Shown in pieces: positions 4,627-14,419 of a stretch of DNA of 14,600 bases. Source of the stretch: Candidatus Eiseniibacteriota bacterium (GTDB lineage: Bacteria; Eisenbacteria; RBG-16-71-46; SZUA-252). Location of the stretch: the NCBI GenBank assembly GCA_031370645.1, contig JANMQV010000109.1, positions 1 to 14,600 of the forward strand. The letters are read 5' to 3'. Position 1 is the stretch's first letter; each line of letters begins with the position of its first letter. Below the pieces are notes generated by a model. The model saw only the letters and a list, made by a program, of their open reading frames with translations, had not been told where the DNA came from and did no database searches. Both the position numbers and the translations under genes were made by a program.

Positions 4627-7332
4627 ATGCCGATTCCCGTTCCGACCTACGAGCCGCACAAAATCAAGACCGTCCGCCTCGTCTCGTTCCCCACCCCCGA
4701 GGAGCGGAAGCGCCATCTTGCGGCCGCCCACTTCAACACGTTCAATCTGACGCCCACGCAGGTGAATTTCGACCTCACGTCGTACGGCACCAGCGCCGTC
4801 ACGCAGGAGCAGCACGCGGGCGAGATGGTGGGCGACGAGGCATACGCCGGGGCGCGGAATTTCGAGAACCTGGAGCGCGCCGTGAATCGCGTGCTCGGCC
4901 ACACCTACGTCTGCCCGACGCACAACATCCTTGGCTGCCTGAAGCTGGTCGTCGCCACGATGGTTCCCGCGGGAGCCACCGTCGCGAGCAACTCGCAGTG
5001 GCTCGCCGACGTGCTGGCGCCTCGCTCGATTGCCGTGGCCGACGTTCGCTCGCAGGAGGAGGCCCTCTTCACGGGAAATGTGGATCTGGAACGCCTTCGC
5101 GGCGCGCTGGCCGGCGGAGCGATCGCGCTGATCGAACTTCAGGCGTTCGCCGACGGCATGCACCCCTTCAGCCTCGCGAATCTCAAGGCGGTCCGCGCGC
5201 TGGCCGACCAGCGCGGGATTCGTTTGGCGCTCGACGGCTCGCGGCTCATCGAGAACGCCTGGTACATCCAGCGCCACGAGCCGGGGATGTTGGACCGTCC
5301 CGTGGCGGATCTGGTGAAGCAGATGGTCAAGACGGCGCACGTTCTTCTCCTGGACGGAGCGCAGGATCCGAAAGGCGCGAACGGCGGCATCCTCACGACC
5401 GATCATCCGGGGGACCACGAGAAGTTCGTGAACGAGGTCGTAATCTACGAAGGCCTCCACACCTACGGCGGCATGTCGGGGAGAACCATGGAGGTCTTCG
5501 CGCGCGGCATCGAGGAAATGTGCGACGAAGCCGAGGTGCAGTGGGCCATGCATGAGAGCGAGCAGTTCACGGCGCGCCTCCGCGAAGCGGGCATTCCGCT
5601 GGAGCGTGGCTGTGACGGCGCCTATCTGGAAGCCGACAAATTCCTCCCCCACCTGAGCATCTTTCCGGCCCATGCGTTGGCGTGCGCGCTCTACCAGACG
5701 AGCGGAGCGCGAGCGTTGGTGCCGGGCATGGTGGGCCGGAATCATTATCTTCCGATCCAAGTCCCCCGCCTCGCCATGACGACGTGGCAGTTGAATCAGG
5801 TGGTGGAAGCGATCGTGAATCTCTGGAAGCAGCGCGACCTCATCGCGCCGCTCGAGTTGCAGACCGGCGGCGATTGGAACGACGAGCTCCGCTTCCGTTC
5901 GGTGTTCGCGGCGATCACGCCCTACGAATTCGACTGCTACCCGTTCGTCGTCCACACGGTGGAGCGGATTCCGACCACGACGGCCGAGCATCGGCACCGG
6001 GCGATCCGCGAGGCCGGCTACAACACCTTCCTCCTTCGCTCCGCCGACGTGACGATCGATCTTCTGACCGACTCCGGCACCTCCGCGATGAGCACCGACC
6101 AGTGGGCGGCGTACGAAGCGGCCCGTGCCACCGCCGCCACGAGCGACGCCTATGGCCGCTTCGTGGACGTGATTCGCGAAGCGTACGGGTACGAGCATGT
6201 GATTCCGACCCACCAGGGCCGCGCGGCCGAGCACATCTTGAGTCAGACGCGCATTCGCCCCGGACAGTGGGTACCGGGGAACATGTACTTCACCACCACG
6301 AAAGTGCATCAGGAACTGGCGGGCGGCATCTTCGTCGACGTGATCGTCGACGCGGCTCACGACCCGCAGAACGACTTCCCCTGGAAAGGCAATATCGACC
6401 TCGCCAAGTTGAAGGGAGTGATCGACGAGCACGGCGCCGCGAACGTGGCGTATGTCTCCTTCGAGCACTCCGTCAACATGGCCGGCGGCCAGCCGGTCAG
6501 CATGGACAACATGCGCGAGGTCTACGGCATGTGCAGCCCGCTCGGCGTGCCGGTCTTCTTCGACGCCACGCGCGCGGTGGAGAACGCCTATTTTATCCAG
6601 AAGCGCGATCCGCGCTACGGCCACGTCCACATCCGCGACATCCTGCGCGAGATGATGATGTACGGCGACGGCTGCACGGTCTCGGGGAAGAAGGATTTCC
6701 TCGTGAACATCGGCGGGCTACTGGCGTTCAAGGAGAATGCCGAGTGGAAGAAGGAAGCCGAAGCGATGCTCCGGGTCTACGAAGGCGGGCGCGCCGACGG
6801 CGGTCTCGCGGCGTCGGATCTGGCCGCTATGGCCCGGGGAGTGGAAGAGATGCTGGATGATCGCTACATTCGAACGCGCGTCGAGCAGTCGGCGTTTCTC
6901 GGCCGGCTCCTCTCGGATGCCGGCGTGCCGATCGTCCAACCCTCCGGCAGTCACGCCATCTTCATCGACGCGAAGCGCTTCCTACCGCACGTCGATCAAG
7001 ACGAGTACCCCGCGCAGCGGCTGGCGGCTGAGATCTACCTGGAAACGGGTGTCCGGGTGATGGAGCGGGGGAATGTTTCCAAGGGACGCGACTCCAAATC
7101 GGGGAAGAACTACCGCCCGGCGCTCGAGTTGGTGCGGCTGACAATTCCTAGGCGGGTCTACACGAACGACCACATGCGCGCGGTGGCGGATGGCATCATC
7201 CGGGTTTGGAAGCGGCGGGATTCGATCCGCGGATTGGCGTTCGTCTACGAGCCGCCGATGCTCCGATTCTTCCAAGGGCGCTTCGCCCCGCTGGAAGAAG
7301 TGACGGCCGCGGTGGAGACGGCAACCGTCTAG
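4627..7332 (+). CDS. tpl: Double-length (tandem-domain) tyrosine phenol-lyase-like beta-eliminating lyase, 901 aa; N-half degenerate, C-half with intact PLP site
   Basis: ATG 4627 after AGGAG RBS. Two full tryptophanase/TPL-family copies (about 4627-5940 and 5941-7332). The C-half has IDLLTDSGT, THQGRAAE, GNMYFTTT, VNMAGGQPVSM, DATR, SGKKD..VNIGG, GVRVMERG, VRLTIPRRVYT and LRFF..RF, which are TPL-type signatures. Confidence 0.9.
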   Translation: MPIPVPTYEPHKIKTVRLVSFPTPEERKRHLAAAHFNTFNLTPTQVNFDLTSYGTSAVTQEQHAGEMVGDEAYAGARNFENLERAVNRVLGHTYVCPTHNILGCLKLVVATMVPAGATVASNSQWLADVLAPRSIAVADVRSQEEALFTGNVDLERLRGALAGGAIALIELQAFADGMHPFSLANLKAVRALADQRGIRLALDGSRLIENAWYIQRHEPGMLDRPVADLVKQMVKTAHVLLLDGAQDPKGANGGILTTDHPGDHEKFVNEVVIYEGLHTYGGMSGRTMEVFARGIEEMCDEAEVQWAMHESEQFTARLREAGIPLERGCDGAYLEADKFLPHLSIFPAHALACALYQTSGARALVPGMVGRNHYLPIQVPRLAMTTWQLNQVVEAIVNLWKQRDLIAPLELQTGGDWNDELRFRSVFAAITPYEFDCYPFVVHTVERIPTTTAEHRHRAIREAGYNTFLLRSADVTIDLLTDSGTSAMSTDQWAAYEAARATAATSDAYGRFVDVIREAYGYEHVIPTHQGRAAEHILSQTRIRPGQWVPGNMYFTTTKVHQELAGGIFVDVIVDAAHDPQNDFPWKGNIDLAKLKGVIDEHGAANVAYVSFEHSVNMAGGQPVSMDNMREVYGMCSPLGVPVFFDATRAVENAYFIQKRDPRYGHVHIRDILREMMMYGDGCTVSGKKDFLVNIGGLLAFKENAEWKKEAEAMLRVYEGGRADGGLAASDLAAMARGVEEMLDDRYIRTRVEQSAFLGRLLSDAGVPIVQPSGSHAIFIDAKRFLPHVDQDEYPAQRLAAEIYLETGVRVMERGNVSKGRDSKSGKNYRPALELVRLTIPRRVYTNDHMRAVADGIIRVWKRRDSIRGLAFVYEPPMLRFFQGRFAPLEEVTAAVETATV

Positions 7333-7341
7333 GCGGCCACC

Positions 7342-8120
7342 CTAGCCGGCGGAACCATCCCCGCTCTGGGCGGGCCGTCGTCCGTGCGTGAGCGACGCTC
7401 TCAAGAAGTCGCGATTCAAGCGGGCGATATTCGAGACGCTGATCTCCTTCGGGCAGGACGTCTCACACTCGCCGTGATTCGTGCAGGCTCCGAAGCCCTC
7501 CGCGTCCATCTGCGCCACCATGCGGCGCACACGCTCTTCCCGCTCGGGCTGCCCCTGGGGCAGGAGCGCCAGGTGCGACACCTTCGCCGCCGTGAAGAGC
7601 ATGGCCGAGGCGTTCGGGCAGGCGGCCACGCAGGCGCCGCAGCCAATGCAGGCGGCGGCGTCCATCGCGAGCTCAGCGTTTTCCTTCCGCACGGGTAGAG
7701 CATTCGCGTCCTGCGCGCTTCCGACGTTCGCGGAGATATAGCCTCCGGCCGCAATGATGCGATCGAACGCGCTCCGATCCACCACGAGATCGCGAAGCAC
7801 CGGAAATGCGCCCGCTCGCCACGGCTCGATCGTGACCGATTCTCCGTCGCGGAACGACCGCATGTGCAACTGACAGGTGGTCGTGGCCTTTTTCGGTCCG
7901 TGCGGCGCCCCGTTGATCACGACCCCGCACATGCCGCAGATACCCTCGCGGCAGTCGTGGTCGAAGGCGATCGGGTCCTCCCCTTTCGCGGTCAGCCGCT
8001 CGTTCACGACGTCGAGCATTTCCAGGAACGACGTGTCGGGGCTGACATCGGAGGCCGGATAGGTGATGAACTTCCCCGGCTCCTTCGCGCTCTTCTGCCG
8101 CCAGACGTGGAGCGTCAGGT

Positions 8121-8124
<4 letters not shown>
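7342..8124 (-). CDS. sdhB: Succinate dehydrogenase/fumarate reductase iron-sulfur subunit
   Basis: [13 protein letters not shown]...TTC ([2Fe-2S]), [12 protein letters not shown] and [12 protein letters not shown] cluster motifs; start overlaps the sdhA stop (ATGA). Confidence 0.96.
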
Positions 8125-10034
<1,910 letters not shown>

Positions 10035-10049
10035 GGTCGCGATTCCCCG

Positions 10050-10712
10050 CTAGCGGATAAATCCAATGAGCACGGCGATCGGAAACGAGATATTCCCCAG
10101 GACGACCACGGCCGTGATCGTCACAGCGAACGCATGCCGGAGCGGATTCCACCGCGGATGCGAGAGTCCGAGCGTCTGAAGCATGCTCCAAACGCCGTGA
10201 TGGAGGTGCAGCCCAAGGCAGAGCATCGCAAGAATATAGAACGCCGAAACCGGCACCACGCGGAAGCCGGAGACAAAGTTGTGATAGACGTCTCCCTCCA
10301 CGAAGTTCGGATGGAGGTTGCCCGTCGTGAAATGAAGGAGGTGATAGATGATGAAGAGCGCAAGGATCGGCCCCGACCAGACCATCGTCCGAGAGGCGTA
10401 GGTCGACTCTTCCCAGCGCCGCTTGCGATATTCAACAGGGCGCGCTTTCCGATTTTCGACGGTGAGGGCGACCGCGGCCCAGATGTGGAGGATGACCGCG
10501 AGAAGCAGGACGCCGCGGGCGATCCAAAGTCCGGCGCCGTGGAGGAGTTCGCGGAGCCAGAGCCCGTAGGCGTTGAGGGACTCCGGCCCGACATAGGCTT
10601 GGAGGTTGCCGATCATGTGAACGACAACGAAGCCGAAGAGGATCAGGCCGGTGACTGCCATGACGGCTTTCTTGCCGACGGTTGCGTCGAGGAACGGTAC
10701 CGCGCGGGGCAT
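10050..10712 (-). CDS. sdhC: Succinate dehydrogenase cytochrome b subunit (single 5-TM b558-type anchor)
   Basis: GKKAVMAVTG, HMIGN, LHIW, YHLLHF and HLHHG heme-ligand histidines in five TM helices; first gene of sdhCAB; GGAG RBS before ATG 10712. Confidence 0.93.
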   Translation of the reverse strand: MPRAVPFLDATVGKKAVMAVTGLILFGFVVVHMIGNLQAYVGPESLNAYGLWLRELLHGAGLWIARGVLLLAVILHIWAAVALTVENRKARPVEYRKRRWEESTYASRTMVWSGPILALFIIYHLLHFTTGNLHPNFVEGDVYHNFVSGFRVVPVSAFYILAMLCLGLHLHHGVWSMLQTLGLSHPRWNPLRHAFAVTITAVVVLGNISFPIAVLIGFIR

Positions 10713-10772
10713 TCAATCTCCCGGGTCGTCCAAAGAGGCACGCGATTCGGCGAAGCGACGAATCAGCCACAC

Positions 10773-10801
10773 ATTCTACTGCGCCCGGCCGCCGGGAGCA
10801 A
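10773..10801 (-). promoter_or_regulatory. Putative sigma70-type promoter of sdhCAB
   Basis: Minus strand TTGCTC (10801-10796)-17 bp-TAGAAT (10778-10773), about 60 nt upstream of the sdhC ATG. Confidence 0.6.
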
Positions 10802-10860
10802 GTCGGAGCACCCCCCGCGTTAAGGCGTGGCGCGATTCGACCTAAGGATTAGCAGGCATG

Positions 10861-10893
10861 AAAACGCGCGGCCCCTTTGGGAGGTCGCGCGTT
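10861..10893 (-). terminator. Rho-independent terminator of the FG-GAP protein gene
   Basis: Minus strand AACGCGCGACCTCCCAAAGGGGCCGCGCGTTTT: GC-rich stem followed by a T-tract, about 35 nt after the stop at 10927 and upstream of the sdh promoter. Confidence 0.7.
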
Positions 10894-10926
10894 CGTTCGG
10901 CGCCTCGTTCCACCGGCAGCGGGCGG

Positions 10927-13833
10927 TTACCTGAGGATCGTGAACCGCCCCGTCTCGGTCAGCCCCGCGCCCTCGATCCGGTAGAAGTAGACGCCGGAGC
11001 GAAGCGCCCGACCCGACGCGTCTTTCCCGTCGATTCGTGCCTCCTGCGAGCCGGGGACCGTGGCTCTCGCGTTCCAAACCGAGCGAACCAGACGGCCGCT
11101 CACGTCGAAAAGCCGGATCGTGACGGCGCCGGGGGCCTTGGCGGTGAATCGAAGTGTGCCCTCGGGATTCAGCGGATTCGGCTCGACTCTAGCGGCAATC
11201 GCGCCGCTTCCCTTCCCGATAATGGGAATGGTGAATCGGGAACAGAAGCGGCGTCCATCCGTGAGACCACCTTCCAGACGAACGGGCACCTCCTGCTTGC
11301 CGCGAAGAAGCGAGAAGAGCGCGGAGGCATCGGACATCGCGAAGCAGGCCGGATATTCAGGCACATCGTTCTTGTCCGAATCGCCGATGACCGCCGATTT
11401 CGCCATGGTCGCCGAGATCTCCGAAACGCTCCCCGTGCCCATGGAGACGAGTCGGAGGGTAGTCGGATCGATATCACCCGGCGTGAACCCGCCGTCGAGC
11501 GCCTCAAGGCGAACGCACATCGTCCCCGACGACTGCGCCGCCGGAATCGCGCGCTGGGACTGCGAGGTGAAAGCGCGCGCCAGTGCTTGGGGGGTTGATG
11601 GCGTGTTGTTTAAGACAGTGGTGAGGCCCCCCGCTGTGACGACATCGGGGCGGCCATCTGCATTCAGATCCGCGAACAAGACATCGGTAGAACCTATTCC
11701 CGCTGCGATTGGTGCCGATAGTGCAAACGCTCCTGAACCGGTCCCGAGCAGGACCTGAAAACTTGACGCTTCGAGTGCGACCAGCAAATCGAGATGACCA
11801 TCGCCGTTCCAATCTCCCGACACGGCCTCGTACCCATACGGGCTGGACGCACCCTGAAGAGCCGCGTCGAATCCACCAGCTGAATTTCCTGTCAGGATTA
11901 CGAGGGAACCAGTCGTGTACGACCTCGTGGCGGCGATGTCGAGAATACCGTCCTCATTCCAATCCCCCGTCACGAGGCCGTATCCGGAGCCACCGGGCCA
12001 AATCGAGCGCTCTGATCCGAAGGTTCCATCACCGAATCCGTAGAACACGCGCACATCTCGAGCCTGCGAAAGGATGAGATCGAGTCGCCCGTCGCGATCA
12101 AGATCTCCGATCGCGAGGTCGAACTCGGCTTCTCCAGAGATCACTTTGTGAATGGGGCCGGGGAGTTGGCCGGAGGCGCCCATGAGTACGGCAATCTCTG
12201 TGCTCAACCCGCACGCAACTAGGTCCGCGACGCCATCGGAGTTCAGATCGCCTGCCCGAATTTCGTTGAGGCTATGAATCTCGTCGTAGGCCGTGGCTTC
12301 GCTGAATGTCCCGTCACCGTGCCCCCAATAGAGGAGGAGAGGCGCTCCAACAAAGGATCCGATTGCCAGATCCGCGTGTCCGTCGCCATTCCAGTCGGCG
12401 CTTTCGGCCACCCAGTACAAATCTCCCACCTGTCGCTCCCAAGCGAGTGCGAGACTACCGGCCCCATCTCCTAGAAACACGGCGACTCGGGAAGGACCAC
12501 TTTCATTTACGCTCGCGACATCTACCTTGCCGTCCTCGTTGAAGTCGGCCGAGGCGAGGCCTGAAGGATTGGCTCCGAACTGCCTCACCATCGGCGAGGG
12601 GGGTGCGGAACCCGGCAAGACATCCAGGTGGACCTGGAGGCGGGCCTCCCCATCACGCGATACCGCTCCGATCTCCAAGTTGTAACTGCCCGCATCGCAT
12701 ATCCCCGGACGGAGCCATATGCGCCCCGCGGTCGAGGAGGGGCCGCTACCGTAGCTGGCAAGTTCCGCGAAGTCAGGGCCCGAAACGATTCGGAACGTAG
12801 CCGGATCGCCGTCGGAGTCCGTGGCCACGAGAGGAAGCGACGCGACGGTTCCGACGACGACTCGAACGGGCGCTACCGCGCGAAGCGCCGGGGCATGGTC
12901 CGACCCGGTCTGTATCTCGATGTGGAGCAGGGTGGTCGAAGTGTGAAAACCGTCGGAGGCGGAGACGGTGACATCATGCGAACCTGCGTCGCCACGAAGC
13001 GGGAACGCATGAACACGGAGGGCCGAGTTGCCGGGGCTCGACGTGAGTCGGGCAACTCTCACAAACCCGGGGGCGCCTCCGACGGAGAGCGTGAGCAGGT
13101 CGCCGTTCGCATCCGTCGCGGCGAAATCCGCCGAGCCGGGCTCACCTGTCCTCACGACGAGACTGGCGGGCCCGGAAACCAGGGGAGCATCGCCGGCACC
13201 GCCGCCGGCGGAATAGCCGAGTCCATCCGCGTCGAACCAGTCACTTCCAAGCTTTTGTGTATTGTCATAGTCGTTACCCTCGCACCGCGAGCCGAACGAG
13301 GTCAGCGAGTAGGCGAAGATCGTAGGCGCGCTCGGAACGATCTCGATCGACGGGGAACCCGACGCGACAGTGATTTCGATCTGCGCCAGCAAGTAGTCCC
13401 CGGGCGCCATCAAGGTTCCGGCATAGCCGATGTAGTACTCCTGGGCATTTCCCTGATTCCCGAATTTAGTCCCCATCGTGACCATGAGGTTGGTCGCGTT
13501 CGAAAAGACTACGCTTCCACCGACGGCTCGAAGGGATGCTTCATAGGAGTTGATGGTGTACTCCGCGCCTGAGGGGCAAATCGCGTCGGAGCCGTCCCGT
13601 CGTTTGTTCGTGCGAAGGTAGATCTTTGCCTGCGTCGTCCCGGTCGCGGTGATCACGTCCGCGGCGGTGTGCACACCGTCACCGTTCGAGTCGAGGTACA
13701 TGTACTGCGCCTGGACCGGAACTGCGGTGAGCAGTGGCCCGATAACGACGGCAGCGACGACGAGATGAGCAGGGAGTGACGAGGCTGAGAAACGGAAGTT
13801 CGCGAAACGCCGGAGATATTTTGTGGGCAGCAT
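10927..13833 (-). CDS. Large secreted protein: N-terminal domain, two Ig/cadherin-like repeats, seven FG-GAP/VCBS repeats, C-terminal FlgD-Ig/T9SS-sorting-like domain (968 aa)
   Basis: ATG 13833 after AAAGGGG RBS; signal peptide ending VQA/QYMYLDSNGDG; two ATD..GD repeats; seven DxN/DxDGxxD motifs (DFNEDGKVD, DWNGDGHAD, DLNSDGVAD, DLDRDGRLD, DWNEDGILD, DWNGDGHLD, DLNADGRPD); tail PNPLNP...LFDVSGRLVR...SGVYFYRI...GRFTILR. Confidence 0.88.
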   Translation of the reverse strand: MLPTKYLRRFANFRFSASSLPAHLVVAAVVIGPLLTAVPVQAQYMYLDSNGDGVHTAADVITATGTTQAKIYLRTNKRRDGSDAICPSGAEYTINSYEASLRAVGGSVVFSNATNLMVTMGTKFGNQGNAQEYYIGYAGTLMAPGDYLLAQIEITVASGSPSIEIVPSAPTIFAYSLTSFGSRCEGNDYDNTQKLGSDWFDADGLGYSAGGGAGDAPLVSGPASLVVRTGEPGSADFAATDANGDLLTLSVGGAPGFVRVARLTSSPGNSALRVHAFPLRGDAGSHDVTVSASDGFHTSTTLLHIEIQTGSDHAPALRAVAPVRVVVGTVASLPLVATDSDGDPATFRIVSGPDFAELASYGSGPSSTAGRIWLRPGICDAGSYNLEIGAVSRDGEARLQVHLDVLPGSAPPSPMVRQFGANPSGLASADFNEDGKVDVASVNESGPSRVAVFLGDGAGSLALAWERQVGDLYWVAESADWNGDGHADLAIGSFVGAPLLLYWGHGDGTFSEATAYDEIHSLNEIRAGDLNSDGVADLVACGLSTEIAVLMGASGQLPGPIHKVISGEAEFDLAIGDLDRDGRLDLILSQARDVRVFYGFGDGTFGSERSIWPGGSGYGLVTGDWNEDGILDIAATRSYTTGSLVILTGNSAGGFDAALQGASSPYGYEAVSGDWNGDGHLDLLVALEASSFQVLLGTGSGAFALSAPIAAGIGSTDVLFADLNADGRPDVVTAGGLTTVLNNTPSTPQALARAFTSQSQRAIPAAQSSGTMCVRLEALDGGFTPGDIDPTTLRLVSMGTGSVSEISATMAKSAVIGDSDKNDVPEYPACFAMSDASALFSLLRGKQEVPVRLEGGLTDGRRFCSRFTIPIIGKGSGAIAARVEPNPLNPEGTLRFTAKAPGAVTIRLFDVSGRLVRSVWNARATVPGSQEARIDGKDASGRALRSGVYFYRIEGAGLTETGRFTILR

Positions 13834-13876
13834 GGTGCTGAGACCCCTTTCCCATCTTGTAGGGCGCGTGTGGGCG

Positions 13877-13940
13877 GAGGTGTCCAGCAGCGCCCTGGAC
13901 ACTCGACGGGAAACCCCGGGGGGGAGGGATGGGTCCCGTC
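13877..13940 (-). other. Two adjacent stem-loops in the upstream region of the FG-GAP gene
   Basis: GTGTCCAG (13880-13887)/CTGGACAC (13895-13902) and GACGGGA (13905-13911)/TCCCGTC (13934-13940) inverted repeats lie back to back, 45-105 nt upstream of the ATG. Confidence 0.45.
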
Positions 13941-14082
13941 AGAGGTGAACGGAGAAGTTGGGCAATCCGAACTTGATGCCGCTACAAAGGTAGGCCCGCC
14001 GCTCGCCCAAAAGCAATGGTCCTTCGGCGGAACCGGCTGGAGCCCCTTGCCTTGCAGCGGGATCGGTCGGGAGCCTCTGGGG

Positions 14083-14406
14083 CTACTCGCCAGGAACCAC
14101 GATCGTGTAGATCCACCACCGCGCCCGCTCCGACCCCTTCGACCTCGCCTTCCGCTCGAAGTAGATCTTCATCTCGGAGCCGTCGTCGGTGCGGACGTGA
14201 AACCAGTGCTTTCGGAGGTAGTGCTCCGGCATGGAGGTCGATCCGGAGGTGTACTGCTTCCACGATTCGAGAATGGTCTCGATTCGATACTCCCGTTCGC
14301 GCCACCGGAAGCGGGCGGGAAGGATCGGCTCCCCGGCTTGAAACGGGAATTCGGCCGTCTCGTCCATCAACGGCTCGATCGACTCGCTGATCAGAGACTC
14401 CTTCAC
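14083..14406 (-). CDS. Small cytoplasmic protein, DUF6504-like
   Basis: GTG start after GAGGAG RBS; GEP.LP.RF.WR.REY.I..ILESWK and YLRKHWF.VRT.DG.EM.IYFER...RWWIYT pattern recalled as DUF6504-like. Confidence 0.75.
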   Translation of the reverse strand: MKESLISESIEPLMDETAEFPFQAGEPILPARFRWREREYRIETILESWKQYTSGSTSMPEHYLRKHWFHVRTDDGSEMKIYFERKARSKGSERARWWIYTIVVPGE

Positions 14407-14419
14407 GAGCGGCGTCTCC

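Noticed and set aside
4627-5940. Interpreting the N-half of the lyase as a decaying pseudogene or assembly duplication
   Set aside because: The frame is intact, the halves are highly diverged from each other, and the losses are selective and complementary rather than random.
4555-6630. 691-aa ORF antisense to the tpl-like gene
   Set aside because: Shadow ORF on the reverse strand of a high-GC gene; no recognisable motifs, and the sense strand has clear enzyme signatures.
10737-10840. Repeated CGCGATTCG (10741 and 10831) and a small GATTCG/CGAATC hairpin near the sdh promoter
   Set aside because: Too short to distinguish from chance at this GC content; no regulator can be assigned.
11640-12550. 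Periodic repeats that might be a CRISPR array or DNA tandem repeat
   Set aside because: The repetition is at protein level (FG-GAP motifs); nucleotide copies are degenerate with no identical repeat-spacer structure.
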